Shown: positions 10,010 to 18,368 of the stretch, one piece after another | Numbering within the stretch: the stretch's first letter is position 1 | Layout: every line of letters begins with the position of its first letter | Origin: Alphaproteobacteria bacterium | GTDB taxonomy: Bacteria; Pseudomonadota; Alphaproteobacteria; SHVP01 | Assembly (NCBI GenBank): GCA_029936875.1 | Contig: JAPYRS010000002.1 | Span: forward strand, 1 to 48,578 | DNA: 48,578 bases | Reading direction: 5' to 3' | Notes under the pieces: model-generated | What the model was told of the DNA's origin: nothing | What the model saw: the letters and a program-made list of their open reading frames with translations, nothing else | Database searches by the model: none | Program-made: the position numbers and the translations under genes

Positions 10010-10792
10010 ATGAGCGCCATCACAAAAAGCAAAATGACCATCGCGGGATGCGAAATTATCGTGCACCGGGGCGGCGAAGGGCCACCATTGCTCTATTTCC
10101 ACGGTGCCGGGCCGATCATGAGCGTGCAGCCGTTCATGGAATTGCTCGCCAAGGACTTCGACCTGATCGTGCCAACCCATCCGGGCTTCGGCGAATCGGA
10201 GATGCCGGACTGGCTCGAGGGGATGGGCGACCTCGGCTATTTCTATCAGGAATTCATGGCCGAACTCGGCCTCGAAGGCGTCCATCTCGGCGGCACCAGC
10301 CTCGGCGGCTGGCTGGCGAGTGAAGTGGCTCTACGCAGCACCGAACGCCTCAAGACGCTGACGCTCGTCGGTGCCGGCGGCATTCATGTCGAAGGTGTCA
10401 AACGCGGCAAATCTTCAGAATGGGGACCGGAAGAAACCTTGCGGCAGGTGATTTACGACCAGAAGCTCGCCGAAAAAATGATTACGAAAATGCCGAAGAA
10501 TCAGGCCGAGAATCCGCAGCATCTCAAGAACCGCGCGACCGTCAAGATTCTGGCAAAGCCGCCGACGTTCAATCCCGACATTCAGAAGTGGGCGCACATC
10601 ATCAAAATTCCGGTGCACATCATCTGGGGTGAAGCCGACCGGCTGATCCCGGTGGATTTTGCGCCGGTGTACGCCGCGCTGTTCGACAATGTGAAGGTCG
10701 ACATCATTCCGGAATGCGGGCACCTGCCCTACGTCGAAGTGCCGGAGCTTTACGCCGAAATGTTCAAAAGTTTCGCCGACGCGAACGCTTAA
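10010..10792 (+). CDS. Alpha/beta hydrolase (meta-cleavage-product hydrolase-like)
   Basis: ORF 9935..10792 trimmed to the ATG at 10010 (GAAGGGGAA upstream). HGAG, nucleophile elbow GTSLGG, C-terminal ECGH. Confidence 0.8.
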   Translation: MSAITKSKMTIAGCEIIVHRGGEGPPLLYFHGAGPIMSVQPFMELLAKDFDLIVPTHPGFGESEMPDWLEGMGDLGYFYQEFMAELGLEGVHLGGTSLGGWLASEVALRSTERLKTLTLVGAGGIHVEGVKRGKSSEWGPEETLRQVIYDQKLAEKMITKMPKNQAENPQHLKNRATVKILAKPPTFNPDIQKWAHIIKIPVHIIWGEADRLIPVDFAPVYAALFDNVKVDIIPECGHLPYVEVPELYAEMFKSFADANA

Positions 10793-10872
10793 AGTTCACC
10801 CAAAGCAAATCCGCCGGAGGCCCTCTTTCCTATGCCTGGGCACCGGCGGCTTATCAGAATGTGACGGGCTAG

Positions 10873-11337
10873 CTAACCCCGGTTCACGGTCCAGGTTTTG
10901 GTGATCATGGTGCCGGAGCCGGTCATGGTTTTTTCGATCGGGCAGTAGCGCGCGAGATCGTCGCTGATTTGTTGGATCTGTTCGTCGGTCGCGTTGGAAT
11001 CGACGGAAATCGCCATGCGGACAGCCACAAAGGGCGTGTCGATTTCTTTTTCGATCAGCACGCCGCGGCGGTCGAAATCCGCTTCGACTTCAATTGAAAG
11101 CCCGTGCCAATCGACGCCCATCTTTCCGGCGAGGCGATTACCAATGACGTTGGTGCAGGATACCAGGGCGGCGAGCTGAAACTCGGTCGGCGACGGTCCG
11201 AGATTGGTGCCGCCGCGGACCTCCGGTTCGTCGACGACGGTTTCAACATCGCGGACGCTGATGTCGGTGCGGGCGTGCGTCGGGCTGGTGCTGCTCAGCT
11301 TCATGGTGAAAATAGTGCTCGGTTTCTTGTCGGCCAT
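10873..11337 (-). CDS. OsmC/Ohr family peroxiredoxin-like protein
   Basis: 154 aa with OsmC-like layout (GGTNLGPSPTE..., conserved Cys in LVSCT and ARYCP). Confidence 0.75.
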   Translation of the reverse strand: MADKKPSTIFTMKLSSTSPTHARTDISVRDVETVVDEPEVRGGTNLGPSPTEFQLAALVSCTNVIGNRLAGKMGVDWHGLSIEVEADFDRRGVLIEKEIDTPFVAVRMAISVDSNATDEQIQQISDDLARYCPIEKTMTGSGTMITKTWTVNRG

Positions 11338-11442
11338 TTGGATTCCCCCTAACTAAATTTGTTTGGCGCGAAGCGCCTTGGATAAATTTGGTGCAGACCG
11401 CGCCGTGGTCAAACTTTGGCGCAGACTGCGCCGTGAAATATG

Positions 11443-14400
11443 TTACCTCACCGGTGCCGGTGTTGTCGGTTTTTCGGATTTGTCGCGGGCTTCGCGTCTC
11501 GCCCGCATGCCTTCAATCGGCCCTACTGAGATCGACATCATCGGTGGGACGATAGCCATCGTCAGCACTGCCGATAACGCGAGCCCACCGAGAACCACCG
11601 AGCCGAGGCCGCGGTAGAGTTCAGACCCGGCGCCCGGAAAAATAACCAGCGGCAGCATGCCGAACACGGATGTCAGCGTCGACATGAAGATCGGCCGGAT
11701 ACGATTTTGGGTCGCCCTTGTGATCGCCTCGTTGGCGGGGACGCCTTCCCGCCTGATCAGGTAAAGCGTCTGGTGCACCAACAGAATCGCATTGTTCACG
11801 ACAATGCCGATCAGGATCACGAAACCGAGCATCGTCAGCATGTCGAGCGGCTGATTGACGTAGGTGTTGAGAAACTGAAGCCCGCCTAATCCGCCGGCGG
11901 CGGCGACCGGCACCGACAGAAGAATGATCAGCGGATAAATGAAACTCTCGAACAGGACCGCCATCACCAGATAAACAATCACCAGCGCGAGGATCAGGTC
12001 GACGACCAACTCGTCCCAGGTCTGGGTCAGTTTGTCGGCGGTACCGGACATGTTGAACTGAACGCCTGGCGGTAGGCCGGCGGCTTCCATTGGTTCAATG
12101 ACTTCATTCCGGAGGAGGTCAATCGCCACCTGTAGCGGCATATTGCGGTTCGGCGAGACCGAAAGCGTCACCGTTCGTTCGCGTTCGATACGGCGAATCT
12201 GGGTTGGCCCGGTCGTCACAATCACTGCGGCAAGGCTCGCGACCGGAACGATCTGACCGCTACGCGTCACCACCGGGAGCGCGCCAATCGACTGAGTCTG
12301 TTGGTTTTCCGAGCGCGGCCCCGCCAGCACGAGATCGATTCGTTTGCCCTCATAATTTATTTCGGCGACGCGCATTCCATCGTTGAAGGCATCGATCGAC
12401 TGGCCGAGATCACGGGCGCTAAGACCATTGTCGGCAAGGCGGACCCGGTCTGGCAGAACCCGCACTTCGGGCGCCCCGAAATCGAGCCCCGGTCGCGGCC
12501 TGACGCGGTGGCCACCGGAAGACGGCAGCACCTCTTCGATGAGATCGAACGCTTCCCGCCCGACTTCAAACAGGACCCGAAGATCGCCGCCAGAAATATC
12601 AATGTTGATGTTGCGGCCACCGCCAACCGATCGCCCGAACAGCGACGGCTGGAACATAAAGGCGAGCGTCCCCGGTTCCGTTCGGGCCGGATTCTGCATC
12701 AGCGGGATTATTTCGCCAGCGCGAGACTCGTCGGCTGACGTGCCGCCCATAAACGCCCGCCCGGAAAGCGCGATGGCGAAAAAATGTTTCATCGGCGGGA
12801 AACCGTCAATGTCGACGGTTTCGTCTTTGTCGGGCGTCAACCAGTAAGGCCGGGTCGCATCTTCAACACGTTTCGTGATTGATGACGTCGTCTCTAAGTT
12901 GTATCCGGACGGCGGCTGGATAAAGCCAAAAACAAAGTTGCGATTGCCGGTCGGCAGATAATCAAGCGGCGGCACGAAAACAATTGCATAAAACACGGCA
13001 GCCGCCGTGATCGCCGTGATCACCGATACCGCCACGATTTTGCTTTTCACCACGGTTTCGGCAAAAACGATCCAGAACCGCGAGAAACCGCGCGCGAAAT
13101 GATCGACAATCGGGATCGGCATGACCTTGTCGAGTGACTTTACGTTGTCGCCGAGGAGCCGGTTCGCCAATGCCGGGATCAGTGTGACCGCCACAAACAG
13201 TGACAGCATCACCGACACCGAGATGGCGACCGCGATATCGCGGAATAATTGCCCGGCCTCCAGTTCCATCACCAGAATCGGAATGAACACCATCACCGTT
13301 GTCAGCGCCGATACAAAGACCGCGGGCCAGACCTGCATCGCGCCTTCATAGGCTGCCTGCCTTCGTTCCATGCCTTCCTGGCGAAGCCGGAAAATATTCT
13401 CGAGCACGACGATCGCGGCATCGACAACCATGCCAACGGCAAAGGCAATACCGGCAAGACTGATGACGTTGAGCGAGCGGCCGAGAATGGCCATCGCGAC
13501 AAACGCGCCAACCACCGAAACCGGAATCGAAAGCGCGATCACCAGCGTCGGCCGCCACGACCGGAGGAACAGCATTAATATGAAAATCGCGAGCGCGCCG
13601 CCGATTAGGATGTTCTGCATGACAAGATCGATCGCCGAAATAATGTAATCGGTCTCGTCGAATATCTGCACGATCTCAAGGCCGATATCACGCAACGGCC
13701 CGTCCGCAAGTTTCCGCACGGTCTCGCGAATGCCGGCCATAGTCTCAATGACGTTCGATCCCTGCTCGCGGGTTATGCTGACTGTCATCGATGGTTTGCC
13801 GAAATTCCGGGCGACAACATTGAGGCGTTTGAACTGAACTGTGACATCGGCGATGTCACCCACGGACACGCGACTGACCGCGCCGCCGCTATAATTACTG
13901 CGAAGGACAATCGATCTGACCTGCTCAACGCTGGTGAAATCACCTTTGGTCCGAACGATATAACGGCGCTTCCCTTCCGAGACGTCGCCGCCGCTGATCG
14001 ATGTATTGGCTGCGCGCAGGCGGGCGACGACTTCGCCAACGGTGAGTGAATAAGAAGCCAGCCGCGCCGGATCGATCTCTATCCGCATTTCCCGGGCCGT
14101 ATCGCCCCAGACATTGACACCGGAAACGCCGTCGACACGTTCGATTTCCTCCTGCACGACCTCTTCGAGGAAATCGCCGTATTCGGTGAGGTCCTTGTCG
14201 CTATCGTCGATGCGACGAAGGCCAAACCAGGCGATCGAATTGTCTTCCGTGCCGGACGTGGAAAGGGTCGGCTCGCTGGCTTCATCGGGATAGCCGCCGA
14301 CCCCGTCGAGACGGTTGGCGACCAAAAGCAAGGCCCGGCCCATGTCCTGGCCGACGCCAAATTCGAGCGTGACCGAACCTGAATTGGCGTTGGCGCTCGC

Positions 14401-14643
14401 CGTCATCCGTTGCAGGCCCTCAAGGCCTTTCAGAACTTCTTCCTGGCGATTGACGATTTCCCGCTCAACTTCGGCCGGTGCGGCACCGGGCCAGCTGGTG
14501 CTGACCCGAATCAGTGGCTGGCGAACATCAGGCGCCATTTGAATGGGGATCCGCTCGAGTGAAATCCAGCCGGCAAGAATCACCATCAAGACGCCGGCCA
14601 TAACGGCGGTCGGGCGATCGATGGCGAGGCGAATGAGGTTCAT
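11443..14643 (-). CDS. RND efflux transporter permease (AcrB/HAE family)
   Basis: 1066 aa. N-terminus MNLIRLAIDRPT..., 12-TM/two-large-loop organisation, typical AcrB-family motifs. Confidence 0.92.
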   Translation of the reverse strand: MNLIRLAIDRPTAVMAGVLMVILAGWISLERIPIQMAPDVRQPLIRVSTSWPGAAPAEVEREIVNRQEEVLKGLEGLQRMTASANANSGSVTLEFGVGQDMGRALLLVANRLDGVGGYPDEASEPTLSTSGTEDNSIAWFGLRRIDDSDKDLTEYGDFLEEVVQEEIERVDGVSGVNVWGDTAREMRIEIDPARLASYSLTVGEVVARLRAANTSISGGDVSEGKRRYIVRTKGDFTSVEQVRSIVLRSNYSGGAVSRVSVGDIADVTVQFKRLNVVARNFGKPSMTVSITREQGSNVIETMAGIRETVRKLADGPLRDIGLEIVQIFDETDYIISAIDLVMQNILIGGALAIFILMLFLRSWRPTLVIALSIPVSVVGAFVAMAILGRSLNVISLAGIAFAVGMVVDAAIVVLENIFRLRQEGMERRQAAYEGAMQVWPAVFVSALTTVMVFIPILVMELEAGQLFRDIAVAISVSVMLSLFVAVTLIPALANRLLGDNVKSLDKVMPIPIVDHFARGFSRFWIVFAETVVKSKIVAVSVITAITAAAVFYAIVFVPPLDYLPTGNRNFVFGFIQPPSGYNLETTSSITKRVEDATRPYWLTPDKDETVDIDGFPPMKHFFAIALSGRAFMGGTSADESRAGEIIPLMQNPARTEPGTLAFMFQPSLFGRSVGGGRNINIDISGGDLRVLFEVGREAFDLIEEVLPSSGGHRVRPRPGLDFGAPEVRVLPDRVRLADNGLSARDLGQSIDAFNDGMRVAEINYEGKRIDLVLAGPRSENQQTQSIGALPVVTRSGQIVPVASLAAVIVTTGPTQIRRIERERTVTLSVSPNRNMPLQVAIDLLRNEVIEPMEAAGLPPGVQFNMSGTADKLTQTWDELVVDLILALVIVYLVMAVLFESFIYPLIILLSVPVAAAGGLGGLQFLNTYVNQPLDMLTMLGFVILIGIVVNNAILLVHQTLYLIRREGVPANEAITRATQNRIRPIFMSTLTSVFGMLPLVIFPGAGSELYRGLGSVVLGGLALSAVLTMAIVPPMMSISVGPIEGMRARREARDKSEKPTTPAPVR

Positions 14644-14676
14644 GCGTTAGGACTTTCCCGGCGTCTTGCGGTTGCG

Positions 14677-16260
14677 TTAGTTGGTCCGGGCGGCAGTATC
14701 GCCGTCCCCGTTTTCGACGATGCGGACGCGCTGCCCGGCCTGCAATTGTTCGTTGCCGCGGTAAACCGCACGGTCGCCCGCTTTCAGACCTTTGAGGACA
14801 ATAAAGCGATTGCCCGCACTTTCACCGAGCACAACAATGCGCGGCTGCACGGTATTGCCTTCAACAACAAAGACCGTCGGCTGGCCGTCGGGGCGGAGAA
14901 TGGCGTCTTTTAAAACGGTGAGGACACGCCGCGAACCACCAATGGCGATGGCAACGGTGACACTTTGATTAAGCGCGGGCGCTTTTAAAGTCGTGCCGAA
15001 TTTCGGCGTGAAACGGACGGCGCGGGTCCGGGTCAGCGGATTTTCGACCGGCACAATCGCCCGCAACACGGCGCCATGGATGGTGCCGTCATCGAGCGAA
15101 AGCCGGACTTCGTCGCCCACGGCAAGGCCGACAATCCGGTCCGACGGCACGTCTGCTTCGACTTCCACTTCGCGGTCGTTGAATAACGTCACAACGGGTG
15201 TCGAGTTTGAGAGCCAGACGCCAACGTCGACGTGGCGCTCTGTAACCACACCATCATAGGGCGCACGGATATCGGCATCGCGAAGATCAATATTGGCGCG
15301 GTTCAACTGTTCGGTGGCCTGCGCGAGTTGGGCCTGGCGTTCGTCGCGCTGACCCTTACGGACCGCGAGTTCCTGTGTCACGTCATCAAAGCGTTTTTGG
15401 CTGAAGGCGACGCCGCGGCGAAGATTTTCGAGCCGTCGCATTTCCTGCGCCGTCTTTTCAAATTCGGCGGCGACGATTGCGACCATCGCCTGACGCTGTT
15501 CGACCAGCGCGAGCAGGCGATCGCTTTCCGACTGCAGCCGGTCATGACTGACGACGACCATGACGTCGCCGCGCTTTACCCGATCACCAACCGAAACGCG
15601 GATCTCGGAAACGGGACCGGACACCCGTGATGCGACCGGGCCACTTTGCAGCGCAACGAGGCGGCCGATCACCGGCACGGTCTGACTGATGCCGCCTTCG
15701 CGAACAAGGTCAACTTGCACGGCGGTGCCACCACTGCCGCCGCCAAAGAATTTCGAAAGTTCGGCGCCGTCGATGCCACCAGAGTTGTCGGCATCGATGC
15801 GATCAAAGTTTGCCGCCAAAGCCCCGCGGGCTTCTTCCTTGTCGATGACACCGTTGCCGTTTTGATCAAGCCCCTTGGCTCGCTCTGATAATTCGGTGGA
15901 CGGCGCGTCTGTCCCAGCTGTGCCGGAAGTTGCCGCAGGTGCGGCTGCAGTTGCTGGTGCAGCCCCGCCACCGCCGCCGCGGAATCGTGCGAACAACGCG
16001 GCCATCTCATCGCCGTCGATGGCGCCGTCTTTATTGGTATCGGCTGAATCAAAATTTGCCGCGAGCGGACCTTGCGCTTCGTCCCGTTCGATCTTGCCGT
16101 TGCCGTTTGCGTCCATGGCGCGAACGCGTTCGGGAAGTTCAGCGGTTTGCGCGAAAACGGGCGTGACACTGACCGCCGGCAGGGCAACCGCAAATGCCAA
16201 AGCGATCAGCGCCGCCCTTGGAGTGCCGCGAAAGCAGCCCTTACTCTGAAACCCTGTCAT
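14677..16260 (-). CDS. RND efflux periplasmic adaptor (HlyD/MFP family) with N-terminal 4x EF-hand module
   Basis: C-terminal 340 aa match the MFP layout (coiled-coil QAQLAQATEQLNRANIDL, RAPYDGVV lipoyl motif). Signal peptide, then four D-x-N/D-x-N/D/S-G-x-I-x-x-x-E loops. ATG at 16260 preferred over GTG at 16278. Confidence 0.85.
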   Translation of the reverse strand: MTGFQSKGCFRGTPRAALIALAFAVALPAVSVTPVFAQTAELPERVRAMDANGNGKIERDEAQGPLAANFDSADTNKDGAIDGDEMAALFARFRGGGGGAAPATAAAPAATSGTAGTDAPSTELSERAKGLDQNGNGVIDKEEARGALAANFDRIDADNSGGIDGAELSKFFGGGSGGTAVQVDLVREGGISQTVPVIGRLVALQSGPVASRVSGPVSEIRVSVGDRVKRGDVMVVVSHDRLQSESDRLLALVEQRQAMVAIVAAEFEKTAQEMRRLENLRRGVAFSQKRFDDVTQELAVRKGQRDERQAQLAQATEQLNRANIDLRDADIRAPYDGVVTERHVDVGVWLSNSTPVVTLFNDREVEVEADVPSDRIVGLAVGDEVRLSLDDGTIHGAVLRAIVPVENPLTRTRAVRFTPKFGTTLKAPALNQSVTVAIAIGGSRRVLTVLKDAILRPDGQPTVFVVEGNTVQPRIVVLGESAGNRFIVLKGLKAGDRAVYRGNEQLQAGQRVRIVENGDGDTAARTN

Positions 16261-16747
16261 TCGATTGCACTTTCCCACCGGATACCCACGAAAGAAGCGG
16301 CCTCAACAAAAAGGCCGCGACATCACAAAGTCTGGCACAGCGCCCGACCAAGATCGCCCTAATAATTGGCTCGCCGTAAACGTAGGCCTGTCGTCACGAC
16401 GGCGAGCCCGAGCCGGGATCGAGCCTCTATTGGGTCCAAGAACAAGGTCAAATCACTGGTTGGGGGAAAATACCGCCAGATTCAGCCTCAATTCAGCGTG
16501 ATGGCCGGGTTGAGCGGACAGAAAACCGCCGGAGTGCGACGAATTGGAGTGACCGGGACGGGCGGCGATTTCGCCCTAACCCCAGAATTCTGCGGATTAT
16601 TGCCCGGATTCTCTCTCTAAAGAGAATCAGAAGCTAAAATCACGGAAACCTCCCTGAAAACAGAGCCTTTCCTTCAAGCGGGGCCGCACCGCGCCAAATA
16701 CCCTCTCCTTATCGGGATTCAGGAAACCAAACACGAGGAGACGGATC

Positions 16748-16975
16748 ATGACCAGCAGCAACACCATCAAGCGGCACGCGGACGGAAGCCTCGATATCAA
16801 TTATTACCTCGACCGGGGACGGGTTGAACGCAGCCGCGCGACCATCCACACCAGCTGGCGATTTCTCGACCTCGTCGTGTCGGCGGACCAGAAAATCAGT
16901 ATCGCCATCAAACGCATTGCCGCGTACGCGCGCGAACAAATGCCGTTCCCGCATCGGCCGGTTTCAAACGCCTAA
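16748..16975 (+). CDS. Small hypothetical protein (75 aa)
   Basis: GAGGAG 7 nt upstream of the ATG and coding-like codon usage. N-terminus (HADGSLDINYYLDRGRVERS) resembles small alphaproteobacterial proteins I recall but cannot name reliably. Confidence 0.5.
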   Translation: MTSSNTIKRHADGSLDINYYLDRGRVERSRATIHTSWRFLDLVVSADQKISIAIKRIAAYAREQMPFPHRPVSNA

Positions 16976-17088
16976 TCCGGGATCGAACGCCTAATAATGG
17001 CGAGCCGTCTTGTATGATACCAGTTGCCTTCAATAAGATGGCGCCGCGAAACGATCGGGGCGCACGAAGTATTCCAGATGGTGTTTTT

Positions 17089-17895
17089 ATGAACGACCCC
17101 TACGCGGCGATTACGGAGACCGACCCCGATATTGTCCAGACCATCGCCGAGCGCCTCGAAGTCCGCGCCGCCGACCCGCAGCAGAAGAAAATGCGCGATG
17201 CCTATCTCGGCCGGATAAACTTTCCCGACGGTGCGCACGTTCTGGAAATCGGTTGTGGCACCGGCCCCGTCACCCGGACAATTTCCGATCTCGCCAATGT
17301 CGCAAAAGTCACCGGCATCGACCCGTCGCCGATCCTGATCGAAAGCGCGAACGCCCTGTCGAATGGCAGAGCGAATATTTCGTTTGAAGTGGGCGATGCC
17401 CGCGACATGCCGTTTGAGGACGGCGCGTTTGATGTCGCGATCTTTCACACCGCGCTTTGTCATATCCCGGAACCGGAGCGGGCGCTCGCCGAAGCATTTC
17501 GAGTGCTGATAAAAGGCGGCACGGTTTGTGTCTTTGACGGCGATTATGCGACCGCGACTGTGGCCGCCGCCGAGATCGACCCGCTGCAGGCGTGCAGCGC
17601 TGCGGTCACCCGCCACAACGTCATGGACCGCTGGCTGGTGCGACGCCTTCCGCAATTACTGCAAGGTGCCGGGTTCAGCGACATTAAATCGGCGAGCCAC
17701 GGATATTTCGATAATGATGATCCCGGATACATGCTTGGCCACGCCATGCGTGGTGCCGAAGTGCTTCGCGATAACGGCGTGATTGGGCCGGACCTTTGTG
17801 AGGCCCTTCAGAACGAGGCCAAACGCCGCGCCACATCCGGCACCTTCTTTGGGCATATCGCCTATGCGAGTTTTGTCGGGCTGAAAGCCCGCTAA
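17089..17895 (+). CDS. Class I SAM-dependent methyltransferase
   Basis: Motif I VLEIGCGTG and motif post-I/II pattern. ORF 17014..17895 trimmed to the ATG at 17089. Confidence 0.85.
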   Translation: MNDPYAAITETDPDIVQTIAERLEVRAADPQQKKMRDAYLGRINFPDGAHVLEIGCGTGPVTRTISDLANVAKVTGIDPSPILIESANALSNGRANISFEVGDARDMPFEDGAFDVAIFHTALCHIPEPERALAEAFRVLIKGGTVCVFDGDYATATVAAAEIDPLQACSAAVTRHNVMDRWLVRRLPQLLQGAGFSDIKSASHGYFDNDDPGYMLGHAMRGAEVLRDNGVIGPDLCEALQNEAKRRATSGTFFGHIAYASFVGLKAR

Positions 17896-18022
17896 ATAGC
17901 GATGGGCTGAAAGCCCGCTAATACGTAGAGCCGCTGAGGCGAAATAGGGCGAAGAGCCGCTGATTAACGGTGGTAGCAAAGCCTAGGTTGAGTTTCCGGC
18001 GACTTTTTGACTTGACACATCG

Positions 18023-18055
18023 GTAAGCAATAACTTACAGTAAGTTATGGCTTAC
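18023..18055. promoter_or_regulatory. Putative ArsR operator: two adjacent GTAAG-N6-CTTAC inverted repeats (33-bp near-palindrome) overlapping the arsR start codon
   Basis: GTAAGcaataaCTTACaGTAAGttatggCTTAC. Arms match 15/16 as a large palindrome centred on 18039. Upstream -35 TTGACA at 18012..18017, and a possible -10 TACAGT at 18036..18041 would place the TSS at the ATG. Confidence 0.5.
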
Positions 18056-18355
18056 GAAGAAGTTTTCACCGCGTTGGCCGATCCGACCCGCCGTCACATT
18101 CTGGAGGCATTGCGCGAGCAGCCCCTCACCGTCGGCGAATTGGCGAAAACCCAACCGGTGAGCCGGCCCGCCGTATCGCAGCATCTGAAGGTGTTAGAAT
18201 CGGCGCAGTTGGTCAGCGTGAAGCCAGAGGGCAATCGCCGCCTCTATTCGATCCGGCGGGAGGGCTTGGACCAACTGCAACAGTACCTCGAAAGTTTTTG
18301 GTCCGACATCCTCACCGCTTACGGCGCGGAAATCGCGCGGCACAGTTTGAACTAA
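18047..18355 (+). CDS. ArsR/SmtB family transcriptional regulator
   Basis: 102 aa. ALADPTRRHILEAL...LTVGELA...SRPAVSQHLKVL winged-HTH signature. Confidence 0.9.
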   Translation: MAYEEVFTALADPTRRHILEALREQPLTVGELAKTQPVSRPAVSQHLKVLESAQLVSVKPEGNRRLYSIRREGLDQLQQYLESFWSDILTAYGAEIARHSLN

Positions 18356-18368
18356 GGGAGATTTAGAA

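Noticed and set aside
16265-16620. Track ORFs 16265..16501 and 16366..16620 in the long intergenic region.
   Set aside because: Arg/Ser/Gly-rich translations, no RBS and no family resemblance. The region is treated as non-coding.
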